Both the position numbers and the translations under genes were made by a program. From Octopus bimaculoides (lineage: Eukaryota), in NCBI RefSeq assembly GCF_001194135.2, contig NC_068984.1, positions 29,279,821-29,343,820 on the forward strand: DNA of 64,000 bases. Reading direction: 5' to 3'. This document shows, piece by piece, positions 1 to 14,406 of the stretch. The notes beneath the pieces were generated by a model that saw only the letters and a list, made by a program, of their open reading frames with translations, did no database searches and was not told where the DNA came from. The first letter of the stretch is position 1; every line of letters starts with the position of its first letter.

Positions 1-93
1 AAGAAGAAGAAGAAGAAGAAGAAGAAGAAGAAGAAGAAGAAGAAGAAGAAGAAGAAGAAGAAGAAGAAGAACAACAACAACAACAACAACAAC
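1..93. repeat. (AAG)n followed by (AAC)n microsatellite
   Basis: Directly visible perfect trinucleotide runs. Confidence 0.99.
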
Positions 94-424
94 AGCATAC
101 GAGTACATATCATCTGATATGCGCGTATATGCAACAACAAGTTGAGGCAGAAATCATTAATTTAACATAATTCCGAGTCTTCGAAGCAGAAAATAGCGAC
201 ATGCAGACGAATAGAAAGAGAAAGAAAAAAAAAAAAGAAAAAGGGAAAAGAAGAGAAAAGAGAAAATGTAGACCCAACAATGGCTCACCCCGCCTTCCAA
301 CATAAAAGGAAAGGAAAAAAGAAAATTCCCGCCCCCAGAAAGAAATTAAGCCGATGCGATTAAACAAATGCACTAACATACACATACATGCATGTACATG
401 CACATGCGTACATATGCACAAGTA

Positions 425-428
425 TGCA

Positions 429-477
<49 letters not shown>

Positions 478-541
478 ATCTATCGATCGATCGATCGATC
501 TATCTATCTACCCGTCTCTGTCTCTGTGTGTCGCTCTCTCA

Positions 542-581
<40 letters not shown>

Positions 582-814
582 TCATCTCTCCCTCTCTCTT
601 TTCCTCTCTACCCACCCCGCTCTCTCTTTTTCTCCTTCTTTCTATCTCTGTTTTGCTCTCGCTCTCTTCTCTATCTCTCTCTCTTCTCTATCTCTCTCTC
701 TTCTCTATCTCTCTCTCTTCTCTGTCTCTCTCTCTTTCTCTCTCTGTCTCTCTTTCTCTTTCCCTCTCTCCCCTCTGTCTCTTTCTTTGTCTGTCTGTCT
801 GTCTGTCAGTCTCC

Positions 815-850
<36 letters not shown>

Positions 851-1100
851 ACGAGCTTGAATGTGTCTATGGTCACATCGTTTGACTCTTCTTTTCACAT
901 TTCTTTTTACCTTCCTTCCTTTCCTCTTTCATTCATTCATTCATTCATTCATAAATTTATTCATTCATTCTTTCGTGAGTTCATTCTCTCTCTCTCTCTC
1001 TCTCTCTCCCTGTTTCTTTCTTGCCTTCAGAATGTATGTTGGTATGTTGGTACCGATATCTCTGTCTATTAGGTAATCTGTCTGCTTGTCTATCTATCTT

Positions 1101-1168
<68 letters not shown>

Positions 1169-1560
1169 CCCGTCTGTCTGTCTGTCTCTGTCTCTCTGTC
1201 TTTCACTCGAACTATCTATATATCTCTGTCTTTCTCGCTTTCTCTTCCCCCTCCTTTCCCCAACTCTCTCACTATCTGTCTATCTATCTCTGCCTGTCTA
1301 TCTATCTATCTGTCCGTCTGTCCGTCTATCTGTCTGTCTGTCTATCTGTCTGTCTGTCACTCTCTCTCTCTCTCTCATTCTCTCTCTCTCTCTCATTCTC
1401 TCTCTCTCTCTCTCTCTAGATCTAATTGTCTATGTACCGCTGTGTCCTTTTGCCTGTGTGTATGTGTGTGTGTGTGTGTCTGTCAGTCTCTCTCTCTCTC
1501 TCTCCCTCTCTCTATTTATCTATCTATCTCTCTACCTATCTACCTGTCCATCCGTCTATT
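425..1560. repeat. Compound pyrimidine-rich microsatellite field: (TCTA)n, (TC)n, (TCTG)n, (TTCA)n, (TG)n
   Basis: Visible runs; they explain the SIYL/SL-repeat ORFs. Confidence 0.98.
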
Positions 1561-1671
1561 TGTGTGACTAATTGTCCCCTTTGTTTTGATTTTGTCCGAC
1601 AGTCTCTCGCTTCCAATGCCTTCAGCTAGATTGCATAGAATTCCGCTCTCACACGTATTTACAAACACCTG

Positions 1672-2131
<460 letters not shown>

Positions 2132-3306
2132 NNNNNNNNNNNNNNNNNNNNNNNNNNNNNNNNNNNNNNNNNNNNNNNNNNNNNNNNNNNNNNNNNNNNN
2201 NNNNNNNNNNNNNNNNNNNNNNNNNNNNNNNNNNNNNNNNNNNNNNNNNNNNNNNNNNNNNNNNNNNNNNNNNNNNNNNNNNNNNNNNNNNNNNNNNNNN
2301 NNNNNNNNNNNNNNNNNNNNNNNNNNNNNNNNNNNNNNNNNNNNNNNNNNNNNNNNNNNNNNNNNNNNNNNNNNNNNNNNNNNNNNNNNNNNNNNNNNNN
2401 NNNNNNNNNNNNNNNNNNNNNNNNNNNNNNNNNNNNNNNNNNNNNNNNNNNNNNNNNNNNNNNNNNNNNNNNNNNNNNNNNNNNNNNNNNNNNNNNNNNN
2501 NNNNNNNNNNNNNNNNNNNNNNNNNNNNNNNNNNNNNNNNNNNNNNNNNNNNNNNNNNNNNNNNNNNNNNNNNNNNNNNNNNNNNNNNNNNNNNNNNNNN
2601 NNNNNNNNNNNNNNNNNNNNNNNNNNNNNNNNNNNNNNNNNNNNNNNNNNNNNNNNNNNNNNNNNNNNNNNNNNNNNNNNNNNNNNNNNNNNNNNNNNNN
2701 NNNNNNNNNNNNNNNNNNNNNNNNNNNNNTATATATATGTATATATATGTTAGCAGGCGCCGCTGAAGTGTAATAGATGGGAAGCCTCTCGTCGCACGCA
2801 ACGGCTCTATACTCGCTGCATCCTCTTCAAAGTCTCTCTTGCAAAGCACATTCATTCACACACTTGAGTTGTTAGTTCATCTCTTTCTCCGCCCACCCTC
2901 ACAAAGGAAGAGAAATAATCACAAAAACGAGCAAAAAAAAAAAGAAAAAAGAAAAGAAAAAGAGCATCAACTACAACCGCGACAACAACAGCAACAAATA
3001 CCAGCAGCATCAGTAGTAGTAGTAGTATTAGTAGTAGTAGTAGTAGTAGCAGCAGCAGCAGCAACTCTTGTTTGTTGCTGTGTCTGCCTCCCACACCTTT
3101 GTACCCCACCTATACACTTTAAGCTATTCCGATTATTTCTAATTAATAATATTTATTGTCGGTCTGTCTGTCAGTCAGTCTTTCTGACTGCCTGCCTGTC
3201 TGCCTGCTTGTCTGTCTGTCCGTCGGCCTGTCTGACTGCTTGTCTCGTACTACCTCTTGTCACTCTAGTTGGTGTTACCTCCTAGCTTCTCTAATTTCCT
3301 CCTCCG

Positions 3307-3354
<48 letters not shown>

Positions 3355-3824
3355 ATTTCTCTGTTTTCATTATTCCTCTCTCATCCTCCCCGTCTCTCTC
3401 ATTCACTCTTTCTCTCTTTTACATAAATATACATATATACATTATCTGTACCTATGTGTATGAGTGTGTGTTTGTGTTTTTGCGTGTGTGTTTGTGTGTA
3501 CGTGTGTGCATTGTAGACATGTATATCATTATACACCATTCATATAAGTGGATCTATATTTATTTCGACGAAGTGGATGTAGGAATGTAATATACACACT
3601 CATCCATAACCGCGCATGTTTACTCTTGTTGTATGCATGTATGAGTATATGAGTATGTGTGTGTGTATGTATGTATGTATGTATGTATGTATGTATGTAT
3701 GTATGTGTGTATGTATGTGTGTATGTATGTATGTATGTATGAATGTACGTATGTATCTGTGTGTGTACATTACACACATATTTAGGGAGAGAAATAAATA
3801 GATAAATAAATAAATAAATAAATA

Positions 3825-3864
<40 letters not shown>

Positions 3865-3877
3865 AGATATTTGATGT

Positions 3878-3973
3878 ATGATTACAAACAGACGAACTTG
3901 CAGAGTTTGGAGAAGGGCTGCAGAGATGCGGAACCTTAGCTGTTTGCAATCCGACATCGAGTTGCCGCAGTCA
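3878..3973 (+). CDS. Candidate exon (MITNRRTCRVWRRAAEMRNLSCLQSDIELPQS), product unknown
   Basis: Non-repetitive, relatively GC/CpG-rich stretch, open from ATG 3878 to donor CA|GTGAGT at 3973/3974. No homology recognised. Confidence 0.15.
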
Positions 3974-4029
3974 GTGAGTGTGTTTTGTGTCCTCGGGGGT
4001 CACAATCAACGCAGCGCCCTACCAAGGAG

Positions 4030-4684
4030 ACGTTGGAGCTCTGCATGTTTCTCTTAGTTAACAGGCTATTTGGAGATGAACAATATCTCTTCCATCAGCA
4101 TCTGGTACCTGTATACATTACGAAAGCAATTATTGTCTGGTTTGTTGATCATCACATCAAGGAACTTCTTTGCTCAGACAGTTCACCTGACCGAACTCAT
4201 CCCTAAAGAGAATCTATGGTGTATAGTTAAAAAGAAGATTGACAGTTTGCATCTTAACATTCAGATGGCCCTAGAGATTGCTATCTAGACCAGGGGATTT
4301 CAAACTTTTTGACTTGCGGACCCCTTTATATTTCAGGCTTTACCTTAGGGACCCCCTTATAAACGCTTATGAAATTTATACATAAATATTTGTTTAAAAT
4401 AACATATATTCTTACATTTATTCATTTAACAGTATTTAACAAAATAGGTTTATTGTCAATTAAAAAATTTCGATTAAACAACATATATAAAATCAAATTG
4501 CCCATAAAAAGTATTTGCTGTCCATGGACCCCCTGTCTTGTCCTTGCGGACCACAGTTTGAAAACCCCTGATCTAGACCACTTGAGTTTACGTCAGATGT
4601 GAACAGAGTACGAGCTTGGTTTCCTCAATGCCCACTTGCATTCAGGCAGTCGTCGAAGTCAAAGGAGCTACAATCAAGTACTAA
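4030..4684 (+). pseudogene. Decayed Tc1-like transposase, C-terminal half, interrupted by a hAT MITE
   Basis: Translates to LFGDEQYLFHQHLVPVY...DSSPDRTHP/ENLWCIVKKKI, resembling Tc1 FQQDLAPAH...NSPDLNPIENLWGIVKRK. It resumes after the MITE as LVSSMPTCIQAVVEVKGATIKY* (TAA 4682-4684), the typical Tc1 C-terminus. Confidence 0.88.
4291..4570. mobile_element. hAT (Charlie-type) MITE, 280 bp
   Basis: TIRs CAGGGGATTTCAAACT and CAGGGGTTTTCAAACT (15/16). Perfect 8-bp TSD ATCTAGAC at 4283-4290 and 4571-4578, fitting the NTCTAGAN target preference. Confidence 0.95.
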
Positions 4685-4849
4685 CTGACATTCCGTCACC
4701 ATCTTACAATCTTTGACAAACACTTTTGTAATGGTATACGTGTAGCCTCGCTTATCACTGATTCATGCAACACTGATCCGGGATAATACGATACGCTCAA
4801 TTGTGAACCATGTAACGTTTATCACAGATTGATCTGTGATAACACGGGC

Positions 4850-5105
4850 TTGCGCCCCAGCGACCACCTACAATACTCAGCTTGTCACAGTGCACTAACT
4901 ATCGCTTATGTTTACATGACCATGCTGCGAGGTTGCGTATTTTTTATAGGGAATTACGCACACATACTCATCAATATGGGGACAGATAACAGAAAAATAA
5001 GAAGGCGCCTAATCCTAATGGACAATGTAGACGAGTATATTCTTCACGGGAATGTGCAGATGATTAAAAAACAGTTCGTGATGGTGGAAGTTTCATTGCT
5101 GTAGG
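4850..5105 (+). pseudogene. Possible very old Tc1-like transposase fragment
   Basis: TVRDGGSFIAVG at about 5067-5102 resembles TVKHGGGSVMVWG; surrounding frames are broken. Confidence 0.3.
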
Positions 5106-5289
5106 CTACGAGTTTAGTGACAATGAATCTGCCATTCCTTCCATTTGCAAACCGTGTGGAGATGATTCATGTATCACCGTTTTCTGTCTTTTTTCCTTTT
5201 TTTAAAAAAAAAACAAACTTTTGTGATAAATGAAGATGGGTGCATTTTGAATGAAATTTTGATGATCCACCGCAGAAACCATAAATATT

Positions 5290-5730
5290 GGCCCCGAATT
5301 TTGGTGCAAGGATAACAATTTTGGGAGAGGAGTTAAGACGATTAAATCAACCCTAGTGCTCAACTGGTACTTATTTCATCGACCCGAAAAGATTGGAAGA
5401 CAAAGCCCACTTCGGTGGAATTTGAACTCAGATCGTAAAAACAGACAAAATGCCACTAAGCATTTTCCCCGGTGTGCTAACAATTCTGTCAGCATAAATA
5501 TTTATTTCTTTATTGCCCACAAGGGGCTAAACATAGAGGGGACAGACAAAGGGATTAAGTCGATTACATCGATCCCAGTGCGTAATTGGTACTTATTTAA
5601 TTGACCCCGAAAGGATGAAAGTCAAAGTCGACCTCGGCGGAATTCGAACTCAGAACATAACGGCTGAAGAAATGCCGCTAGACATTTCGTCCGGCGTGCT
5701 AACGATTCTGTCAGCTTGCGCCGTCTGCCA
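5290..5730 (-). mobile_element. Two tandem copies of tRNA-derived SINE family B
   Basis: Both carry the family core GGCGGAATTTGAACTCAGAACGTAAAGACAGACGAAATACCGCTAAGCATT with mismatches; the same core recurs more than 15 times in the window. Confidence 0.88.
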
Positions 5731-6159
5731 GCATAAATATTAGCTTGTACCAACTAAATATTGGAGACTGATCAGGTTTCATTCAGTGAGCCTAATACGA
5801 CAGAAATTTTAATGTTCTCATTTATCTGATAAAAAAATCCCATTTCTGCATAATTTAACAAGATACGCCTGCGTATGGGTGTGTGAGGATGGGCGTGTGT
5901 GCATACACATGTATTCGTACGCGTGTGTGTCCATACATACGTTTAAATATATATGCGCATAAATAATCTCTGTATAATAATAGCCGATATAAATGTTGGT
6001 TGCTTGGTTCTTAGTTGATTTTTCCACTCATGCTTTACATCAAATAAAGAGAAGAGAGCGAGCGAGAGAGCTGCAGAGAAAGTTAACAGTAGGTTACATG
6101 TTACCAGTAGTACTAAGAATGACCCCCCCACCTCTCTCTCTCTCACTCACATACGTTAT

Positions 6160-6570
6160 CTTTTATTTCTTTCAGACGTTAGACTGCGGCTGTGCTGGGG
6201 CGCAGTTTTAAAGAATATTAGTCGAACGAATCAATCTCAGTACTTGTTACTGTTATTAATTTTTTTGAGCTTGTTACTTATTCTATGGTCCACCTTTACC
6301 GAACCACTAGGTTACTGGGACGGAAACGCACCAACGCCGGTTGTCAAGCAGTGGTAGGGGCAAACACAGACAGAAAGACACATGCGCAGACACACACAGA
6401 CACACAGACACACACACATATACGACGGGTTTCTTTCAGGTTCCATCTACCAAATCTACTAATCCGAGACATCAGTAGAAGACACTCGTCGAAGATGCCA
6501 CCCTGTGGGACTTTAACCAAACCCATGTAGTTGGGAAGGAAACTTCATGTCATACAGCCATACAGCAACC
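6160..6570 (-). mobile_element. SINE family A (tRNA head, internal microsatellite), diverged copy
   Basis: Reverse-complement homology to the 38245-38722 copy over tail, internal (CA)n and head. Confidence 0.85.
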
Positions 6571-6702
6571 TTCATGCAATACATTCACGCCTGCCCCGAT
6601 ATATATATGTATATATAACGAGGTCTATACATACTGAGGTAGTGCCTACGGATATATCTATCCCTTAGATGGTTGCATAACCTCTAGTTTATATCTTACT
6701 TA

Positions 6703-6735
<33 letters not shown>

Positions 6736-7443
6736 CATAATTAGGATAAAGTCATTAATTAATGATTCAAATATACATATATGTATATATATGTGTGTGT
6801 GTGTTTGTGTTTGTGTGTGCATTCGTGACTGTGTGTGTCTGCATGTGCGTGTATATGCGTGTGAACGCGTGTGCGTGCGTGCGTGCGTGCGTGTGTGTGT
6901 GTGTGTGTGTATGTGTGTGTGTTTGTGTGTGTTTGTGTATTTGTTAGTGTGTGTGTATGTGTGCGTGCGCGCGCGTATGAGTTTCAGCTAGTATTAATTC
7001 ATGACATGTCGAAGTAGTACCACTTCATGTCATGTTGTGTAACTCCATAGATTTCTGGACTAGAGAGGTTTGTACCGAAACAAATTCAAGCAGTTATTGG
7101 TTCTTTCTTAAACGAATTTGTTTAGGATGAATACCATGGTCGAATATTATGTATAATTTCTCCCTTGATAATAGACAAGTACCCGCAGAGGTAAAAAAAA
7201 AAATTGGGAAAGCAAAAACGAAAGAAAATTGTCGCAATGTAATTATGTACTGAGACCTCGGTTTTTGAAGGGGGAACTTATGAACTAAAACTTGCATACC
7301 TTAAACCTGTTAAGTACTCCTGGCTGTATATTTTTGATATTTGCTTTGATAATTAATTTTTGGATTTCATTTCATTATGTCTCACGATGCTCCGTCCGTC
7401 TTCCGTTTTACTCCAGATCTCTTCACTTTAATAGTTAAAACAT

Positions 7444-8040
7444 GGCGCAGGAGTGGCTGTGTGGTAAGTAGCTTGCTTACCACCACATGGTTCCGGGTTC
7501 ATTCCCACTGCGTAGCATCTTGGGCAAGTGTCTTCTACTATAGCCTCGAGCCGACCGAAGCCTTGTGAATGGATTTGGTAGACGGAAACTGAAAGAAGCC
7601 CGTCGTATATATGTATATATATATATATATATATNNNNNNNNNNNNNNNNNNNNNNNNNNNNNNNNNNNNNNNNNNNNNNNNNNNNNNNNNNNNNNNNNN
7701 NNNNNNNNNNNNNNNNNNNNNNNNNNNNNNNNNNNNNNNNNNNNNNNNNNNNNNNNNNNNNNNNNNNNNNNNNNNNNNNNNNNNNNNNNNNNNNNNNNNN
7801 NNNNNNNNNNNNNNNTGTGTGTGTGTGTGTGTGTGTGTGTTTGTGTGTCTCTGTTTGTCCCCCTAGCATTGCTTGACAACCAATGCTGGTGTGTTTATGT
7901 CCCCGTCACTTAGCGGTTCGTCGAAAGAGACCGATAGGATAAGTACTAGGCTTACAAAGAATAAGTCCCGGGGTCGATTTGCTCGACTAAAGGTGGTGCT
8001 CCAGCATGGCCGCAGTCAAATGACTGAAACAAGTAAAAGA
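7444..8040 (+). mobile_element. SINE family A; its internal (TA)n/(TG)n contains an assembly gap
   Basis: Head GGCGCAGGAGTGGCTGTGTGGT (A box) and GGTTCATTCCC (B box); tail ...ATGACTGAAACAAGTAAAAGAG; near-identical to the 31130 and 38245 copies. Confidence 0.93.
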
Positions 8041-8422
8041 GAAAACCGAATGTCACAGTCCACCTGAATTGGACTGACGTCACCCAAATAGTATCTACAA
8101 CAATGTACCTGGTTTTTAACGCCTTTGGTGCTTTTTCTGCTATTCTGTTGACTACTGCCTAACGCCTTATATGTATTGTGAAGACTGAAGATGACGACCA
8201 GGGAATCATGCACTCCTTGCATTCTATCATGGTATCATGTACTTTGCCTGTCGTTCTTCAAAATTAACACACACAAATACACACATAAATACACGCATGC
8301 AAACAGACACGCTCAAACAAACAGACACACACGCATATACACGCATACACACACGTTTACTCAGGGGTGTATGTGAGTGTGTGTCTGTATAGAGAAAAAA
8401 TATAGATGTAGATTAGCACACA

Positions 8423-8470
<48 letters not shown>

Positions 8471-8699
8471 TTTATAGCAATTTCTGACTGTAACAATTTG
8501 ACCCAACGAGAAAAACTTTGACATTATGTGAATTGCAAGAAAGAGTAGATAAACCTCCCTCAAATTACATCCTGCTGTCTTGCAAAGGGACCACATATCG
8601 AACAATGTGGTCCTGGATATATATATATACATACATACGTATGCGCGCGCGTATATATATGTATACATACACACATAAATACATATGTATGCGTATGTG

Positions 8700-8745
<46 letters not shown>

Positions 8746-10039
8746 CATACATAATATAATGTTATATATATATATAGTTAGATAAATAGACAGATAGATA
8801 GATAGATAGATAATTTTGTGTATGAGAAATTTTGTTTTTAGACGTGCTGTATTCTTGAGTTTATAAATATGCATATACATATGAAGACACGCACACATAC
8901 GGACACACACGCACACACACACAGGCATGCACACATCCACACACACACACACACACACTCACGCACACGCACATACACATACAAACACACACATATACTT
9001 TCACATCAGTTTAATTATATTTATCTCTCTCTAACTTATAATTTTCTTTCCGACTGTTCTCGTTCACTTAATCTTTTATTCTATTTCTTTGCGTGCGTGC
9101 ATGTATGATGTCTGTATGTGTGTAGAAGCGCGCACACTGCATCGCTTTTCCTATTTGTTCTATCTCTTTCTTCTTAGCACACTTATATATGTGCGCAGAG
9201 ATGTGTGCACGAACACAAACTAAAGCGCACGATCATGTAAATATGTGAACTCTTCGCACGCAAACCATATCACACGTCATCTTCGTCACACTTCTTATTT
9301 CTTCGTGTTACATATATTTCTCCGTTCACACTTGTCTTTCGCCTCTCACGCTTTCCCACTTCCCTGCCTCACGGTTGCTTTCTGATTCTTAATTACACGC
9401 AGAGACACATGCTATGTATCAAAATCGTTTCGGGCTTTTACTAACTTCATATAAATATGCATACATACAGAGACATACATAATACATTTATAATTCAAGT
9501 ACAGACAATTTCTTTCTCGCACGCGCAAGCAGACGTATTCAGATATATGTATATATTGCTGCTCACACTGTCACATGTACGTACGTATCCATATCATAGT
9601 TAGTCAACGAACGAAGAAGAGAATGTTCAATACTTGGTAGAGAATACAAAATATAGTGTTTATTCAAAATGAATTCATTTTCATGCGCCCCGAATTTCCT
9701 CATCGATCTTCAGATAAGAACTGTTTTCATTCAGGATTTGGGTTAATTTTTTATACACTGGATTGGGTGATTTCTTTTGTTTATGACTATCGATTTCATT
9801 GGCGAGTTTGTCGTATAATTTTATTAGGAACATTGCCTACCGTTGTTGTCGTTTCATTTGTTAATTCGTTGGGTGTTCTGTTTCCGTTTGCTGACTTCGT
9901 TGTTCTGCTTTAGTTGTATATAATTTTTCAAACCCTGTTCTTGTTTCTCTAAAATGACTCATCTGTAATATCATTTCTCATTAGTTCAACTCAGCAGTCG
10001 TTTTGTCCCTGTTCATCTATTGCTTAACTCCGTCCTGCT

Positions 10040-10210
10040 TCCTTTTCCATAAAGCAGAAGAGATTCTGTACTTATTTCGTTGTCCCAAGAGGTTTCAAGA
10101 GCAAAGTGAACTTTGGCAGGATTCGAACTTAGAACGTAAATATTCATAATCAAATACTGCGCATAATTTTACCAGATCGTTCATCAGTTCAGCTACCCAT
10201 CAATCAGGTT
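10040..10210 (-). mobile_element. SINE family B, degenerate partial copy
   Basis: GAACTTTGGCAGGATTCGAACTTAGAACGTAAA matches the family core. Confidence 0.6.
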
Positions 10211-10719
10211 TCATTAGATAAATTAAAACTTATAGCGTTAACCTTCTTTGATTGATAGAGACAGTTTTTAACTTAGAAAAAGAGACAATAAGTTCCTGGA
10301 AAATTATCGATGTATTGCGCCAGCAACAGATAAGTGCAAAAAGTTTAAAATTACAATTTATGAAGATGATTTTTTCTCATTTACAGAAAAACGGCTGAAG
10401 AATTCTGTCCGAAATGTTAGCTGATTCCTTTTCTTGTCAGTGAAGCAACTTCTTTCAACTTTTAATTTCGATTTTATGACAATCTTACAGTGAGCATAAT
10501 CTGCGAAACATGTTTTCGATCCGGTTGAAGCTAATCCCTTCCACACACGCTTATAATGCAATTTCGAATGACATGAACAGCATATCTTCCTAAAAACTCT
10601 TTACCCCTAATACATCGAATCCATACTTCCCGTTAAGAAGGAACTAATGCAGGTCTTTTACAATATAGATGCTTCTTATTTTCGATGAAGTACATACTGG
10701 TTTCTAACATTAGCACATG

Positions 10720-10900
10720 GTTATTTGGGGTGAGATATAGTCGGATCACCATCATTTGCCTGGTAATTTATGTTACAGACTTTCAGGAGATGGGAGAACA
10801 AAGTTGATCTCGGCGGGATTTGAACTCTGGAAGCAAAGAACCATAATTTAATATCTCAAGGCATTATGCACTACGCTCTTACGACTCTTCTAATCCATCA
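10720..10900 (-). mobile_element. SINE family B, degenerate copy
   Basis: AAAGTTGATCTCGGCGGGATTTGAACTC core. Confidence 0.6.
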
Positions 10901-11446
10901 CCCTTCGACGAAAGAATATATTATTTACAGTATAAGATTTGAGACTTCAACTCCAAATAGTAACCGCATGTTCACTCTTTGCCTTCATCCAAGGCTTAAT
11001 TTCGCTTATTTATCTGATGTCAGAGGACGGAATCGTCGTACCATATAAATTGAGCCGATGTGCCATGGAAATTCAACAGATGAACCATATAAATCGAACT
11101 GATGTACCGCATATACTTCTAAGTCAATGACTGGCTTAGAAGCCAATAGCTATTGAAATGAAAGAAATGGAGGGAGGGGGTGGAATAAAAAGTAAAAAAA
11201 TAAACAAACAAAAAAACTAAACTAATCTATATTAATGGCTTTGGGATTTTTTCTTCTTCTTTCCTTTATTAAACAATACACACCTCTGCAGATACATTGG
11301 TATACACGCACGCACGTGCTTGGAGACACATACACATCTATACCGTACACTTATTTTCATTCATACACACTTTCATACACAAGAAATGCTTGATGCCGTC
11401 ATCATTCTGCCTTTTGCTCAGTTATAGCAGCGTTAAATACGTGTGA

Positions 11447-11477
<31 letters not shown>

Positions 11478-11831
11478 NNNNNNNNNNNNNNNNNNNNNNN
11501 NNNNNNNNNNNNNNNNNNNNNNNNNNNNNNNNNNNNNNNNNNNNNNNNNNNNNNNNNNNNNNNNNNNNNNNNNNNNNNNNNNNNNNNNNNNNNNNNNNNN
11601 NNNNNNNNNNNNNNNNNNNNNNNNNNNNNNNNNNNNNNNNNNNNNNNNNNNNNNNNNNNNNNNNNNNNNNNNNNNNNNNNNNNNNNNNNNNNNNNNNNNN
11701 NNNNTATATATATATATATATATATATTACATAATATATATATAACATATAATGTATATATAAAGAAAGAGAGAGAGAGAGACAAAGAGGTAGATAGATA
11801 AATATGCATATACATCCATCAAACTATCTCT

Positions 11832-11862
<31 letters not shown>

Positions 11863-12774
11863 CTACGTGTGCGTGTGTGCATGCTTGTGTGTATAGAAGA
11901 TATACAATCATGTCGATAATCCATAGGTGATAAAACTCTCCCACTACCTACCTACCTACCTACCTACCTACCTATCTACCTATTTATACATACATACATA
12001 CATACATACATACATGCATAATACATACGTACGTACATACACACAAGATTCTTTCACTCTGTTCTATTTTCTTCGCATAGACGTTGTCTTCATAGCTCTA
12101 ATTAATTTTTAATTTCTTTTACAGCACTTCTAGAGGAAAAATGCCTAATTTGCAAACCGAGCTGCTTATAGTGAAACAAAGCACACTTATTAAATGCGCG
12201 CATGCACGCACGCACACACACACGCATACACACACACACACTCGCAGACGCACATACACAGACATTTACGCTCGCATGCACCATAATACAAACGTATGTG
12301 TGTATGTATGAATGTGCGCTTAATTATTTTTCTCTGTGTGTTATGTGACTATAATTAGTTATGTGCACGCCGGTATGGTTATCTCCTTACATCCACCATG
12401 AGCATGCTTAAAGAAGGCAAAAAATCAACGAAAGCAACTGTGAAAGGTTATTTTAATGTAACTTTTCATGCATTTTTATATATCTTTGATCTTAATATCA
12501 TTTATCACGAGCGTTGTGACATGACCGAAAACTGGGTCTTTGGATTGACATACTCTATATTCTTAATTCCTTATTCAGCTAAATCCTCAATGTAGTTTCT
12601 TCAAGATCGGTGACTCCATTTTAGGTTAAAACATTTTTGATGACAGAATAGTCTTTTATTCATTTATCCTACATCGTTTACTGGTTTCATTTATTGGACT
12701 GCAGCCATTTATTGGACAGCACCACGCTCAAGAGTTTCAGTACAGTAGTTACAGATCGAAACGCATTTCCCAGC

Positions 12775-12990
12775 TGAAGGCGGCGAGCTGGCTGAGTCAT
12801 TAGCGCGCCGGGCAAAATGCTTAGCTGTGTTTCGTCCGTCTTTATGTTCTGAGTTCTAATTCCGCTGAGGTTGACTTTACCCTTCGTCCTTTCGAAATCG
12901 ATAAAATAAGTACTGGTTGAACACGGGTCGATGTAATCGATTTAACCTCTTCCCCGAACTATCAGGCCCTGTGCCAAAATTTGAAACCAT
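12775..12990 (+). mobile_element. SINE family B
   Basis: GGCGGCGAGCTGGCTGAGTCATTAGC head, GAGTTCTAATTCC B box, full body ending GGCCCTGTGCCAAAATTTGAAACC. Confidence 0.9.
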
Positions 12991-13112
12991 ATTATATAAT
13001 AGCTGAGGTACATTTTTGGTGTAATGGGAAGTAACTTGGCACATGATTTTATACCGGTACACACACATATAGACATAAACACACAAATGTATATATATAT
13101 GTATGTATATAA

Positions 13113-13150
<38 letters not shown>

Positions 13151-13353
13151 NNNNNNNNNNNNNNNNNNNNNNNNNNNNNNNNNNNNNNNNNNNNNNNNNN
13201 NNNNNNNNNNNNNNNNNNNNNNNNNNNNNNNNNNNNNNNNNNNNNNNNNNNNNNNNNNNNNNNNNNNNNNNNNNNNNNNNNNNNNNNNNNNNNNNNNNNN
13301 NNNNNNNNNNNNNNNNNNNNNNNNNNNNNNNNNNNNNNNNNNNNNNNNNNNNN

Positions 13354-13414
<61 letters not shown>

Positions 13415-13852
13415 GTCAGATTTGTGAAACGTATATTAGTATATATTATAAATAGTGAAAGCCTTTGTCTGATACAGAACTCTATTCTCAGAGAAAAATT
13501 CCTCTATATAGCAAGCAATTCTTGACAATGTTCACGTCAGACTCGAATAAACTCTCACTTTTGATATAAGCACCTCCTCATACACACACACATGCACGTA
13601 GACATGCATACAGACATAGAAGCGTTGCCTGGTTTTAAAGATGGGGAGCGAGCACGTAAAAATGGGCGCGGTGACATATACCAAACAATTTTCAACCCAT
13701 TTCTCTTATATTACATGAAATATTTCATTACTTATAATATACGCAATTGTATTCAGCATTAATTAATATTGCAGTTCTATATTTAAGAGATGAGGAATCA
13801 TGTACATTATTTACATTTGACGGATATTTGTCCTCATCTTGTTTGTTGTTAA

Positions 13853-13894
13853 CACAACGTTTCGGCTGATATACCCTCCAGACTTCATCAGGTG
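13853..13894 (-). ncRNA. Minimal type-I hammerhead ribozyme motif (left arm)
   Basis: Minus strand reads CAC CTGATGA A GTCTGG AGGGTATA TCAGCC GAAAC GTT GTG, identical to the right-arm copy. Confidence 0.65.
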
Positions 13895-13943
13895 ACTTGG
13901 GGAAATTTCGAACCTGGGTTCTCATTCCTAAGGTATTTTTCGA

Positions 13944-13980
<37 letters not shown>

Positions 13981-14206
13981 ATTATTATTATTATTATTAT
14001 TATCCAGGTCACTGCCTGGAATCGAACTCGGAATCTTGGGGTTAGTAGCCCGCGCTCTTAACCACTACGCCCGGATATATGGCGCAGTGGTTAAGAGCGC
14101 GGGCTACTAACCCTAAGATTCCGAGTTCGATTCCAGACAGTAACCTGAATACTACTACTACTACTTCTACTACAACTACTACTACTACTACTACTANNNN
14201 NNNNNN

Positions 14207-14240
<34 letters not shown>

Positions 14241-14406
14241 TCACTGCCTGGAATCGAACTCGGAATCTTGGGGTTAGTAGCCCGCGCTCTTAACCACTAC
14301 GCCCGGATATATGGCGCAGTGGTTAAGAGCGCGGGCTACTAACCCTAAGATTCCGAGTTCGATTCCAGACAGTAACCTGAATACTACTACTACTACTTCT
14401 ACTACA

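Noticed and set aside
12391-12437. Resemblance of FLPSLSMLMVD to NELF-B (FLPxLMSxxVDD)
   Set aside because: Short, partial match from memory with no other NELF-B exons seen; no gene symbol assigned.
12398-12595. ORF with a perfect CCACCATG Kozak context
   Set aside because: Drifts into AT-rich low-complexity sequence with no convincing donor or homology.
14079-14145. tRNA gene (CTACTAA loop, A and B boxes)
   Set aside because: No complete acceptor stem; continues directly into a microsatellite and mobile tail; present as inverted copies, so it is a SINE head.
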